Below, piece after piece: positions 17,999-28,330 of a stretch of DNA of 64,000 bases (positions within the stretch are counted from its first letter, which is position 1; each line of letters opens with the position of its first letter). This stretch comes from an uncultured delta proteobacterium (GTDB lineage Bacteria > Myxococcota_A > Polyangia > Palsa-1104), in assembly GCA_963785725.1 (NCBI GenBank), contig CAWAWS010000015.1:64001-128000 (forward strand), in the 5' to 3' direction. The notes beneath the pieces were generated by a model. It was not told where the DNA came from, did not search any database, and worked only from the letters and a program-made list of their open reading frames with translations. The translations under genes and the position numbers were made by a program.

Positions 17999-19420
17999 GT
18001 GGACGAGCAGACCAACACGCACCAAAAGGCGCTGCGTGTGAACATGGACGCGACGAGCTACGGCTCGTTCGCCGAGATCGGCGCCGGCCAAGAGGTGGCC
18101 CGCTGGTTCTTCCGCGTCGGCGGCGCCGCGCGCACCGTCGCGCAGAGCTTGTCGGCGTACGACATGGCCATGTCCGATGCCATTTACGGGCCCGCCAAGC
18201 GCTACGTCAGCCGCCAGCGCCTCGAGGCGATGCTGGCGCGCGAGTACAACCAGCTCGTCGAGCGGCTCGGTCCGGCGCGCGGCACGACGACGGCGTTCTT
18301 CGCCTTCGCCAACACGGTCGCGACGCGGCGTCACGGCGTGTGCGAGAACGGCCGCGGCTGGGTCGGCATTCAATTCCAGTCGTCGCCGGGCGCGGCGCCG
18401 TCGCAGATCTTGGCGCACGTCAACCTGCTCGACATCTCGGCGACGGCGCAGCAGGAGGCGGTCGGCATCTTCGGCGTCAACCTCGTGCACGCGGCGCTCT
18501 TGGCGCGCGCCGACACGGGGACGATGCTGCGCTCGCTCATCGACGGCCTGTCGCGCGAGCGCGTCGACGTCGACATGGTGCGCTGCTCGGGTCCGGCGTT
18601 CCACGGGCTCGACAATCGGCTCGTCAGCCTCTTGCTCGTCGAGAATCGGCTGACGGATGCGGCCATGTTCACGGCCAACGGCGACGCGGTGCAGCCCTCG
18701 GAGATGCTGCACAAGCGGCCCATCCTCGTCGAGCGCGGCAGCTTCCGGCCGCCGACGAAGCTGACGCTCGATCTGCTCGATCGCGCGCGCCAACGGTTCC
18801 TGCAGGAGCCCGAAGTGCAAGGCAAGACGCCGGTGGTGCTGGCGGAGATCACGCTGCACACGCTGAGCTCGTCGGAGGCGGTCGATCATCAGGACTTCCT
18901 CGATCGCTGCGAGGTCCTGCGCGCGCTCGGCATCGACGTTCTCTTGTCGCGCTTTCGCCCCTATTATCAGCTGTCGGACTATCTGGCGAACTACTCGGAC
19001 GAGCTCATCGGCATCGCGGTCGGCATGCCGACGGTGCGCGATCTGGTCGAGGAGCGCTATTACGAAGGCTTGCAGGGCGGCGCGCTCGAGTCGATCGGCC
19101 GGCTCTTCAAGCGCAAAGTCAAGATGTACGTCTATCCGACGCGGCAGACGGCGACCTCGGAAGTCATCGGCATCATGGACGGCAAGATGGCCCCCAATGA
19201 CGAGCACATTCGCGCGCTCTTGATTGGCCTCGGCCGCTTGGAGGGCCTGCAAGGCTACGATCCGCGCTACCTGTCGATTCGCACGCCCGACGTGTTCGAG
19301 CGGCTGCAGCGCCTGGATCCGTCGTGGGAAGAGATGGTGCCCGAAGCGGTGGCGCGCATCATCAAAGAGCAGGGCCTGTTCCGCTACGGCGCCACCGACG
19401 CGGTCAAGAAGGCCTCGTAA
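17999..19420 (+). CDS. Conserved uncharacterised cytoplasmic protein (CinA-like plus nucleotidyltransferase-like motifs)
   Basis: YGSFAEIGAGQEVARWFFRVGGA, SAYDMAMSDAIYG and ERGSFRP motifs; no signal peptide. Confidence 0.75.
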   Translation: MDEQTNTHQKALRVNMDATSYGSFAEIGAGQEVARWFFRVGGAARTVAQSLSAYDMAMSDAIYGPAKRYVSRQRLEAMLAREYNQLVERLGPARGTTTAFFAFANTVATRRHGVCENGRGWVGIQFQSSPGAAPSQILAHVNLLDISATAQQEAVGIFGVNLVHAALLARADTGTMLRSLIDGLSRERVDVDMVRCSGPAFHGLDNRLVSLLLVENRLTDAAMFTANGDAVQPSEMLHKRPILVERGSFRPPTKLTLDLLDRARQRFLQEPEVQGKTPVVLAEITLHTLSSSEAVDHQDFLDRCEVLRALGIDVLLSRFRPYYQLSDYLANYSDELIGIAVGMPTVRDLVEERYYEGLQGGALESIGRLFKRKVKMYVYPTRQTATSEVIGIMDGKMAPNDEHIRALLIGLGRLEGLQGYDPRYLSIRTPDVFERLQRLDPSWEEMVPEAVARIIKEQGLFRYGATDAVKKAS

Positions 19421-19432
19421 AACTTAGCGTCG

Positions 19433-19828
19433 CTAAGGTTTCAGCGGCAGGACCATCGTCTGCAACAGGCGCTCGAGCGCGCGCTCGGGATCGTCGCATA
19501 ATCCGGTGTGCACGGGCGAGGGCTGCGTGATCGTCGAGCGCGGCGCCGTCAGCCAGTGGAAGCGCTCCGACTGCGGCAGCTGTGCGATCGGCCCCGCCGC
19601 CGCGTCGCCGGCGCAGACGAGCGGAATCAGCTCGAGCGCGCGCGCGACGGCGTCGGTGTCGATGGTCGGATCGAGCGCCTGCAAGCGGGCGCGATCGAGC
19701 GCGATGCGCGCGCCCAGAAAGCCGATGGTCTTGCAGTAGAGGATGACGCCGGCGTTGATCTGCTCGCCGCGCTCGACGCGCGGGACGACGCGCACGACGG
19801 CCCAATCAAACGTGCTGCGCGCGGGCAT
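19433..19828 (-). CDS. DUF3037 domain protein
   Basis: VRVVPRVERGEQINAGVI and RFHWLTAPRSTITQPSPVHTGL motifs. Confidence 0.9.
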   Translation of the reverse strand: MPARSTFDWAVVRVVPRVERGEQINAGVILYCKTIGFLGARIALDRARLQALDPTIDTDAVARALELIPLVCAGDAAAGPIAQLPQSERFHWLTAPRSTITQPSPVHTGLCDDPERALERLLQTMVLPLKP

Positions 19829-20579
19829 GGGCTGCCTCCTCGACGAAGTCGCGCGGCGCTTGCAGCCGACGGACGAAGAACTCGACGTAGGCGGCGCGCG
19901 CCGCGTCGGCCGCGCCGTCGACCTCGAGCCACGAATCGGGCACGGCGGCGACGATGTCGGCGACGATCGCCGGCGTCAACCGCGGCGCCAGCGCGTCATC
20001 GGCCGCCGGCAGCGCGCTCGCGAACGGCAGCAGCACATGCTGGCGAATCGGCGCAAAGCGGCTGCGCGCGCGCGGCAAGAAGTCCGCCCAGTCGTGCTGA
20101 TAATAGAGCGCCGCGCCGTGGTCGATGAGATAGAGCTGCTTGTGCCACAACAATAAGTTCGTATTACGAACCGTTCGGTCGACGTTGGCGACGAGCGCGT
20201 CGAACCACACGATGCGCGACGCCAGCTCCGCCGACGGCTGCCACAGCGCCGGATCGTAGGCGATCGAGCCCGGCAGATAGTCGAGTCCGAGGTTGAGGCC
20301 GCCCGACTTCTTCAGCGGCGCTTGCAGCTCGGGATCGGGCTCGGAGCGGCCCAAGATGGGATCGACCTCGATCAGCACCAGCTCGGGGATGGGCAGGCCG
20401 AGCGTGCGCGCGAGCTCGCCGGCGATGAGCTCGGCCACGAGCGCCTTCGGGCCTTGCGCGGCGCCGCGAAACTTGAGGACGTAGGTGCCCGAGTCGTCGG
20501 CCTCGATGATGGCCGGCACCGAGCCGCCTTCGCGCAGCGGAGTGACGTAGCGGGTGGCCGCCACCGTTCGCAATTGCAC
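19806..20579 (-). CDS. HipA-like kinase
   Basis: PLREGGSVP, YVLKFRG, NVDRTVRNTNLL and LIDHG motifs; GTG start at 20579 inferred. Confidence 0.85.
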   Translation of the reverse strand: MQLRTVAATRYVTPLREGGSVPAIIEADDSGTYVLKFRGAAQGPKALVAELIAGELARTLGLPIPELVLIEVDPILGRSEPDPELQAPLKKSGGLNLGLDYLPGSIAYDPALWQPSAELASRIVWFDALVANVDRTVRNTNLLLWHKQLYLIDHGAALYYQHDWADFLPRARSRFAPIRQHVLLPFASALPAADDALAPRLTPAIVADIVAAVPDSWLEVDGAADAARAAYVEFFVRRLQAPRDFVEEAAHARAQHV

Positions 20580-20611
20580 GCGCGCAGCATGGCACGGCTG
20601 CCGACGCAGTT

Positions 20612-22162
20612 CTACGGCGCGCTTGGCCCGTCGCGCTCGAGGACGGCGGCCTCGGCGGCGCGACCGCGGCTGCGCAGGAAGCGGACGTAGTTGCCGCGGG
20701 CGCGCTGTGAGACGTGGCCGGCGGCGAGCATGCGGGCAAAGGCGGCCTCGGCGTCGGCGTCGTGACCGAGGCGGGCGAGGACGACGGCGGCGGCGGCGTG
20801 CGGCTCCGACCACTCGGGCTCGATCTGCTCGGCGGCGCGATAGTGGAGCAGCGCTTCGTCGAGCCGCTCTTGTCGATCCAAGATGAAGCCGAGCTGGAAC
20901 TGCGCGAACGCGCTGGCGGGCGCGGTGACGACGGCGGAGACGAAGAGCGCCTCGTCGCTGCGCCAGTCGCGGTTGCGGCGCACGGTGAGCACGAGGCAGC
21001 CGGCGCAGACGAGCGTCCAGCCGAGCCAGACGAGCCACGCGTGCTGGGCGCGGCGGGCGAGCTGCTCGGCGGCGGCGGCGGCGAGCAGGCAGACGCCGGC
21101 CGAGGGCAAGTACCACCAGCGCTCGCCGAACGCGCCCGGCAGGGCGACGATGACATTGCACGCGAGCAGGCCGGGAATGAGGACGAAGGCGGCGGCGTCG
21201 GCCCACGGCGCCGGGTCGCGCCACGTGCGCGCGATGACGAAGCCGAGGAGGCCGACGGCGCCCAAGCCGACGAGCGGCGACGTGATGCCGGCGGCGGGCG
21301 TGACGACGTTGGGGCCGTAGTCGGGCAACAGCTCGAGCGGCAGCGCGTGCAGGCCGAGCGCGTGCGCGAAGAGGCCGAGGCCGGCCCAGGCGCGCAGCGG
21401 CCAGGACGTGGCGGCGAGCGCGTTGGCCGTCGTCACCGGCGGCGCGCCCAGATCGCCGACCACGTGCCAGCGCAACAGCTCGGCCGCGACGAACGCGGCG
21501 ACGTAGCCGAGCCAGCGCGGCACTTTGGCGCGCAGCTCGCCGCGACGCAGATCGGCGATGAGCACGACGGGCAGGACGACGATCGCCGACTCCTTGCACA
21601 TGAGGCCCAAAAAGAGCGCCAGCGCCGCCGCGACGGCCGCAGCGCGCGACCTGCGCCGATGGAGCGCGAAGACGAGCAGCGCCGCCAGCGCCGCCAGCAC
21701 ATCGGCGCGGCCGACGATGGAGCTGACGGCGTCGGTGTGCAGCGGGTGAACGGCGAACAGCGCGGCGGCCGCGAGCGCGACGGCAAACGTGACGCCCGCC
21801 GACGCGGTCAGCGCCCAATAGAAGAGCGCGCACACGAGCAGGTGCCAGGCGAGGTTCGCCAGATGGAACGGCCAGGCCGCGCCGTGGCCGAGCTGTCGAT
21901 CGATCGCGAAGCCGAGGCTGACGACGGGGCGATAGGCCGACGTCGCGCTGCCGCCGGGCAGCCCACGGGCGCCGCCGCGAAAGTCGCGCGTCCAGACGGC
22001 GAGCGGCGCGAACGGGCCGGCGACGACGGGATGGTTGGCGATGGCGCCCACGTCGTCCATGACGAAGCCGTTGCCGAGCGTGTTGCCGTAGGCGACGGCG
22101 GCCAAGGCCATGACGAGCACGAGGCCGAGCCGGCGCCGGCGCGGCGAGGAGTCGGGCAGCAC
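20612..22162 (-). CDS. TMTC-like (GT-C fold) membrane glycosyltransferase with C-terminal TPRs
   Basis: FVMDD, YRP, HPLHTDAVSSIVGRAD, KESA, ERWWYLPS and RNRDW motifs, then TPR helices. Confidence 0.85.
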   Translation of the reverse strand: MLPDSSPRRRRLGLVLVMALAAVAYGNTLGNGFVMDDVGAIANHPVVAGPFAPLAVWTRDFRGGARGLPGGSATSAYRPVVSLGFAIDRQLGHGAAWPFHLANLAWHLLVCALFYWALTASAGVTFAVALAAAALFAVHPLHTDAVSSIVGRADVLAALAALLVFALHRRRSRAAAVAAALALFLGLMCKESAIVVLPVVLIADLRRGELRAKVPRWLGYVAAFVAAELLRWHVVGDLGAPPVTTANALAATSWPLRAWAGLGLFAHALGLHALPLELLPDYGPNVVTPAAGITSPLVGLGAVGLLGFVIARTWRDPAPWADAAAFVLIPGLLACNVIVALPGAFGERWWYLPSAGVCLLAAAAAEQLARRAQHAWLVWLGWTLVCAGCLVLTVRRNRDWRSDEALFVSAVVTAPASAFAQFQLGFILDRQERLDEALLHYRAAEQIEPEWSEPHAAAAVVLARLGHDADAEAAFARMLAAGHVSQRARGNYVRFLRSRGRAAEAAVLERDGPSAP

Positions 22163-22284
22163 GCGTCATCATACCGCGCGCCGCCGTCGCTCGCCGGGGG
22201 CGTCGGCGCGAAGCACATCGGCGACCGCCTGGCAGTGATCATCGCCATATCGTTCGCACGTTGCGTTCGCGTAGGCTGGCGCGC

Positions 22285-22824
22285 ATGAAAACGTGGATGA
22301 TCCTCGGTGGCGCGCTGCTGCTCGGCGCCGCCGGTTGCGGGCCCGAAGATCCCGAAGCGCGTTACAGCGGCACGACGATGGCCGCCAAAGAGGTCAGTAA
22401 GCTGCGCGTGTTCCGCGGCCGCGAGCCCGACCGGCCGTTCGCGGAGCTCGGCACGGTCGAGGTCAGCTGCCCGACGGCGCTGCAGAGCGGCCCGTACGGC
22501 GGCGGTCGCCTCGAAGGCGGCTGCACCTACGACGCCGCGGTCGGCATGGCGAGCGAGAAGGCCGCCGCCGCCGGCGCCGACGCCATCTACGCGCTGCAGA
22601 CGTCGGCCGGCGGCAACGGCAACATCGTCAGCATGACCGCCATCGCCGTGCGCTTCACCGGCGAAGCCAAGCCGCCCGCGGCGCCACGGGTCGAGACGCC
22701 GGCCAAGAAGCCGGTGCCGACCGTGGGACAGCGGCTCGAGCAGCTCAAGCAGCTCAACGAGCAGAAGCTCATCACCGACGAAGAATATGCCAAGCGCAAG
22801 GCCGAGATTTTGAACGATATTTAA
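22285..22824 (+). CDS. Lipoprotein with C-terminal SHOCT domain
   Basis: Lipobox AAGC; RLEQLKQLNEQKLITDEEYAKRKAEIL. Confidence 0.8.
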   Translation: MKTWMILGGALLLGAAGCGPEDPEARYSGTTMAAKEVSKLRVFRGREPDRPFAELGTVEVSCPTALQSGPYGGGRLEGGCTYDAAVGMASEKAAAAGADAIYALQTSAGGNGNIVSMTAIAVRFTGEAKPPAAPRVETPAKKPVPTVGQRLEQLKQLNEQKLITDEEYAKRKAEILNDI

Positions 22825-22832
22825 CCGTTGCG

Positions 22833-24329
22833 TTAAGCTTCTTCGCGGCCGAACAAGAGGTCGATGCTGCGCCGATCTTCGGGGCGGCAGAAGACGAAGA
22901 GGTGATCGCCGGCGCGCAGCTCGCTCGAGCCGCGCGGCGCGATGAGCTCGTCGCCGCGCACGATGAGCATGATGGCGGCACCGACGGGAAATTCGATGTC
23001 GGCGATGTACGCGCCCACGGCCAGCGCCGGCGGCTCCAGGTAAAAGCTCAGCACCTCGGCGCGCAGCGGCATCGTCGACGCCAGCTCGAGGTGCGCCGAC
23101 GGCGGCGGCGTGCCGCGCACCTGCACGCCGAGCAGGCGCGCCGCCAGCCGCACCGTCGCGCCCGGCACGAGCGTGTTGATGACGACGATGAAGAAGACGA
23201 CGTCGAAGAGGCGTTGTGCGACCGGGATGTGCGCGAGCACCGGGAAAATGGCGAGGATGATGGGCACGGCGCCGCGCAGGCCGACCCAGCCGACGAAGGC
23301 AATCTCGCGCGCCGTAAAGCGAAACGGCAGGAGGCACAACAGCGTCGGCAGCGGGCGCGCGACGAGGGCGAGCACGAGGCCGAGCCCGAGACCGAGCGGC
23401 GCCACGTGCCACAGATGCGAGGGATCGCACAAGAGCCCGAGCACGAGGAACATGACGACTTGGCCGAGCCAGGCGATGGCGTCGTGCACGCGAAGCAGGC
23501 CGCTGCGATAGGGCAAGTGGCCGTCGCCGATGATGAGGCCGGCGACGTAGGTGGCCAGAAAGCCGCTGCCGTGGACGACGGTGGTGGCGCCGAACGCGAC
23601 GAACGCGAGCGCGATGGTGAGCACGGGAAAGAGCCCGGCGGCGGCGGGGCGCGCGCGGCCGAGCAGCCAGCGGCCGCCGAGCCCGACGGCGACGCCGCCG
23701 AAGGCGCCGAGGCCGAGCTCGAGGACGATCTCGGTCGCCAGCGTCAACCCCGACTCGCGATGTCCGGCCAGCGCCGCCGTGAGCGCGACGGTGAGGATGA
23801 CGGCGACGGGATCGTTGAGGCCCGACTCCAGCTCCAGCGTCGACTCGACGCGCTTGGAGAGCGCGATGCGGCTCGTGCGCAACACCGAGAAGACGGCGGC
23901 GGCGTCGGTGGACGAGACGATGGCGCCGAGCAGGAACGCCTCCAGCCAGCCGACGCCGAAGAGGTGCGCGGCCAAGCCGACGAGGCCGGTCGTGCCGAGG
24001 ACGCCGAGCGTCGCCAGCGCCGTCGCCGGGCCGAGGACGCGGCGGACGGTGCCGAGCGAGGCCGCCAAGCCGCCGTCGAAGAGGATGAGCACGAGGGTCA
24101 CCGTGCCGAGTCGGAACGAGAGGCGGAAGTTGTCGAAGTGGACGCCGCCGAGCCCTTCGGAGCCGGCGAGCATGCCGATGCCGAGAAACAGGAGGGCGAC
24201 GGGGATGCTGGCGCGGCCGGCGACGCGGCTGGCGACGACGCTGACCGCCATCAACACGCCGAACAGCGCCAGAGCGATCGCGGTCGTGAAGGGCTCGGTC
24301 ACGGGCGCTCCGATGTCATGAGCCGGCAC
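22833..24329 (-). CDS. cvrA: Potassium/proton antiporter (CvrA/NhaP2) with TrkA-C domain
   Basis: ILFDGG, SSTDAAAVFSVLR, LESGLNDP and GLRGAVPIILA motifs; C-terminal RCK-C. Confidence 0.9.
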   Translation of the reverse strand: MPAHDIGAPVTEPFTTAIALALFGVLMAVSVVASRVAGRASIPVALLFLGIGMLAGSEGLGGVHFDNFRLSFRLGTVTLVLILFDGGLAASLGTVRRVLGPATALATLGVLGTTGLVGLAAHLFGVGWLEAFLLGAIVSSTDAAAVFSVLRTSRIALSKRVESTLELESGLNDPVAVILTVALTAALAGHRESGLTLATEIVLELGLGAFGGVAVGLGGRWLLGRARPAAAGLFPVLTIALAFVAFGATTVVHGSGFLATYVAGLIIGDGHLPYRSGLLRVHDAIAWLGQVVMFLVLGLLCDPSHLWHVAPLGLGLGLVLALVARPLPTLLCLLPFRFTAREIAFVGWVGLRGAVPIILAIFPVLAHIPVAQRLFDVVFFIVVINTLVPGATVRLAARLLGVQVRGTPPPSAHLELASTMPLRAEVLSFYLEPPALAVGAYIADIEFPVGAAIMLIVRGDELIAPRGSSELRAGDHLFVFCRPEDRRSIDLLFGREEA

Positions 24330-24666
24330 GCGCAGATGCGCGACGGCTCGCCCACCGTAAGCTTAGCCGCTCTTGGCCGCGCGCGGTTGCGCCATGTGCG
24401 GCGCGCGATCCGATTGGCGCTTCGTCGGCTGCGGCCCGTAGTGCGCAGATCGGCGCCGCCAAACGCCGGCGCAGCCGACTCTCGTCATCAATCGCCATCG
24501 GTCGGACGTGCGCAAGCGCTGCGCAGCGGCGTCATTTACCGTCGCTGGGTCGCGATCGGCAGTGGGCGCGCGCGGGCGCACTTTGGGCGACGGACGCCAA
24601 TCGGAGTCGTAGGGTTTCCGACCGCGGCACGCAGACGACACGCTGCAGGGAATATCCATCTGCCCG

Positions 24667-26181
24667 ATGGCTGGCGAGTCGAAAGAGCGCGGCGGCGCCG
24701 TCGCACGAGTGGGCGGTGGCGCTGGCCGAAGTGGCGGAGACGGTGGTGGCGGCGGGCGCCGCGAGCCGTGGCGCGTGGTGGCCGTCGTGTCGGCGCTGGC
24801 GGCGCTGTTCGCGGTCAAGGAGGCGCTGTCGCTCCTGCGTCCGCCGCCGGTGGCGCACGCGGCCTCGCAGGCGGCGCCGCCGCACGCGCGCCTGCCGCTC
24901 TACGACGAAGCCACGGCGCGCGCCGCCAGCGCCGTCGGGCGCCAGCTGTTCTTCGACGCGTCCTTGTCCGAGCCCGCGGGCACGAGCTGCGCCAGCTGCC
25001 ACGATCCGGCGCGCGCGTTCGCCGGCAATCACGGCTCCGCGCTCGGCGTGCCGCGCGGCAGCCGTCCCGATCACTTCGCGCGCCGCAACACACCGTCGCT
25101 GCTCTACCTGAAGTTCGTGCACCGCTTTCACTTCCACTGGGAAGAGGACGCGGCTTTGCCCGACGCGTTCGGTGGCTTCTTCTGGGACGGCCGCAGCGAC
25201 TCGATCGCCGCCTTGGCCGAGCAGCCGCTGACGAACCCCGACGAGATGAACGCCGGCTCGCGCGCCGACGTCGCCGTCAAGCTCAACGCCGCGGCCTATG
25301 CCGGCGAGCTGCGCCGCGTCTACGGCTCGGAGGCCTTGGCGACGCCCGACCGCGCCATGGCCACGTTCGGCCGCGCCATCGAAGCGTTCTTGAAGAGCGA
25401 CGAATTCGCGCCCTTCACCTCGCGCTACGACGACTTCATCCGCGGCAAAGGCACGCTGACGGCCGTCGAGCAGCGCGGCCTGCAGCTGTTCCGCGATCCG
25501 GCCAAGGGCAACTGCGGGTCGTGCCATCGCTTCAACCCGACGGCGCCCGATCCGACTCGCTCTCTGTTCACCGACTTCGGCTACGAGACCGTGGCTATCC
25601 CGCGAAACCCGCATATTTCGAAGAACAACAATAAGGATTATTTCGATTTAGGGCTGTGCGAGCGCCACGACCCGCGCACGCACACCGACGAGGAGCGCTT
25701 CTGCGGCAGCTTCCGCACGCCGTCCTTGCGCAACGTGGCCGTGCGCGACGCCTATATGCACAACGGCTATTTCACGAAGCTGCGCGACGTCGTCGCCTTT
25801 TACGCCACGCGCTCGATCGCGCCGGCGCGCTGGTATCCGGGCCAGAAGTGGGACGACTTACCGACGCAGTATCACGAGTACGTCAACGAGATCTCGCCGC
25901 CGTACGACCGCGGGCCGGGCGAGAAACCGCGCCTCGATGACGGCGAGATCGACGCCATCGTCGCCTTCTTGGGCGCGCTGACCGACGCCGCCTATGCGCC
26001 GGCAGCGGCTCTGCCACATGGCGCGCTGGTCGCGCCGAGTGGCAGCGAGCCGCCGCCGGCGCCGACGGTCGACGAGCCGCCGGCGTTCGTGCCCACGCCG
26101 CGTCGCGATCCGAGTCAGCCGCCCAACGTACGTCACGACCTTCGCTCCCTGGCGAATGAGCCGCAGTTCCAAACCCAGTAG
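24667..26181 (+). CDS. Di-heme cytochrome c peroxidase/MauG family protein
   Basis: CASCH and CGSCH hemes; RNTPS, FWDGR, FRTPSLRNV and YMHNG motifs. Confidence 0.9.
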   Translation: MAGESKERGGAVARVGGGAGRSGGDGGGGGRREPWRVVAVVSALAALFAVKEALSLLRPPPVAHAASQAAPPHARLPLYDEATARAASAVGRQLFFDASLSEPAGTSCASCHDPARAFAGNHGSALGVPRGSRPDHFARRNTPSLLYLKFVHRFHFHWEEDAALPDAFGGFFWDGRSDSIAALAEQPLTNPDEMNAGSRADVAVKLNAAAYAGELRRVYGSEALATPDRAMATFGRAIEAFLKSDEFAPFTSRYDDFIRGKGTLTAVEQRGLQLFRDPAKGNCGSCHRFNPTAPDPTRSLFTDFGYETVAIPRNPHISKNNNKDYFDLGLCERHDPRTHTDEERFCGSFRTPSLRNVAVRDAYMHNGYFTKLRDVVAFYATRSIAPARWYPGQKWDDLPTQYHEYVNEISPPYDRGPGEKPRLDDGEIDAIVAFLGALTDAAYAPAAALPHGALVAPSGSEPPPAPTVDEPPAFVPTPRRDPSQPPNVRHDLRSLANEPQFQTQ

Positions 26182-26199
26182 CTCGTGAGGAGAGGCAGC

Positions 26200-28159
26200 A
26201 TGAAAAGAAGGATCTTGGAGTGGTTGGCCATCGGATCTTCGATGATCACGATGGCCGGTTGCGACCCGACGCCGTCCGCGTCGGCCGCGCAGAAGTCGAC
26301 CGACTCGACCGAGTCGGCGACGGTGGCCGCGGATGCGATCGATCGCGACGCGCTCTTCTCGGGCAGCCGCGACGGCCGCACGCGCTCGCCCATCAAGCAC
26401 GTCGTCGTCATCGTCGGTGAGAACCGCACGTTCGACCACGTCTTCGCGACCTACAAGGCCAAGCACGGCCAGCATGTCGACAACCTGCTCGCCAAGGGCA
26501 TCATCAAAGAGGACGGCTCGCCCGGTCCGAACTACGCGCTGGCGCTGCAGCACACGGCCGATCGACACGTCGAAGTACGAGATCGCGCCCGGCGGCAAGA
26601 AGCCGTACAGCCTGTTGCCGGCGGCGCTCGCCGGCGGCCCGACGACGCCCTATCTCGCCACCGTCGCCGACGCCAAAGCGGCCGAGAACGGCCTGCCCGA
26701 CGATTACTACCCGTACCTGACGACGGGCGGCACGGGCCTGAAGAGCGGCACCGTCGACACGCGCCTGCCGAACGCGACCGCGCTGCCGCCGGGGCCGTTC
26801 CAGCTGACGCCGCACATCGCCTACGACGACTACTCGGCGAGCCCGGTGCATCGCTTCTACCAGATGTGGCAGCAGCTCGACTGCTCGGTGCAGCAGATCA
26901 CGCGCAGCAATCCGTCGGGCTGCAAGAACGACCTGTTCCCGTGGGTCGAGACGACGATCGGCGCCGGCTCGAACGGCAAGGCGCAGGCGGCCGGCTTCAA
27001 CGATCGCACGACGGGCGAAGGCTCGACGTCGATGGGCTTCTACAACGTGCTGCAAGGCGACGCGCCGTACTTCAAGTCGCTCGCCGACGAGTACGCGATG
27101 AGCGACAACTTCCACCAGTCGATCCAAGGCGGCACCGGCGCCAACCACGTCGCGCTCGGCACCGGCGACGCCGTCTGGTTCAGCGACGGCAAGGGCAAGG
27201 CTCTCGTGCCGCCCACGCTCAACACCGAGAACCCCAACCCGGCCGCCGGCACCAACAACTGGTACGCGCAGGACGGCTACTCGGGCGGCACCTACAGCGA
27301 CTGCTGCGACGACGAGCAGCCCGGCGTCGGCGCGGTCACGAGCTACCTGAAGGCGATGCACGTCAAGCCCAACTGCGACAAGGGCCACTATTACCTGCTC
27401 AACAACTACTCGCCCGGCTACTACGGCGACGGCAGCGTCAACACCGACCAGTTCGCGATCCCGCCGTCGTCGGTACGCACGATCGGCGACGAGCTCGTCG
27501 AGCGCGACATCTCGTGGCGCTACTACGGCGACGATTGGAATCGCTACCTCGCCGATCCCGACTTCAACTCGCCCGACAACGAGTACTGCGACATCTGCAA
27601 TCCCTTCCCGTATTCGACCTCGATCATGACGAACGCCAAGGTCCGTACGACGCACTTGAAGGACACGGTCGACCTCTACGACGACATCGAGGGCGATTGG
27701 CTGCCGGCCGTCTCGATCATCAAGCCGAGCGGTCTGCTCGACGGTCACCCGGCGTCGTCGAAGCTCGACCTGTTCGAAGGCTTCTCGAAGAAGATCGTCG
27801 AGTCGATCAAGCGCCATCCGAAGCTGTGGAAGGACACGGCGATCTTCATCACGTTCGACGAGGGCGGCGGCTACTACGACTCGGGCTACATCCAGCCGGT
27901 CGACTTCTTCGGCGACGGCACGCGCATCCCGATGATCGTCGTCTCGCCCTGGGCGACGGGCGGCCACATCTCGCACGAGTACGGCGACCACGTCTCGATC
28001 CTGAAGTTCATCGAGCGCAACTGGGGCCTCGACCCGATCACCGGCCGCAGCCGCGACAACCTGCCGAACCCGGTCACGAGCCCGGCCAATCCGTACGCGC
28101 CGATCAACGGCCCGGCCCTCGGCGACCTCTTCGAGCTGTTCGACTTCGCCCGCTTCTAG
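26200..28159 (+). CDS. Phosphoesterase (phospholipase C/AcpA acid phosphatase family) lipoprotein; one extra base near 26560 splits the frame
   Basis: First frame has MAGC and IKHVVVIVGENRTFDH; second frame has SDNFHQSIQGGTGANH, DGHP, FDEGGGYYD and GTRIP. Confidence 0.88.
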
Positions 28160-28181
28160 CTTCGCGTCATCGTGCTAACGG

Positions 28182-28219
28182 CGCCGCGCTCCTCGGCTTG
28201 GAGCGCGGCGTTTCTTTTT
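28182..28219 (+). terminator. Rho-independent terminator
   Basis: 11-bp stem CGCCGCGCTCC/GGAGCGCGGCG, 7-nt loop, then TTTCTTTTT, just after the phosphoesterase stop. Confidence 0.85.
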
Positions 28220-28330
28220 CGTGCGGCTGTTTTTCGCGGAGTTTCACGCAACGACGGCGTCGGTCGGGCGTCAGGTCATTCGGAGCGTCTGCGTGCAAGT
28301 CGTGCGCGGACGGAAACTCGAGGAGCCGTC

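Noticed and set aside
17999..19420. TonB-dependent receptor label, which I recall being attached to this family
   Set aside because: No signal peptide, plug or beta-barrel pattern, and too short
22821..22836. Palindrome TTAAC-N6-GTTAA
   Set aside because: Largely explained by the two TAA stop codons of convergent genes
26540..26580. Programmed ribosomal frameshifting at this and the other split genes
   Set aside because: No slippery heptamer or stimulatory structure is visible; the GATC association points to sequencing error
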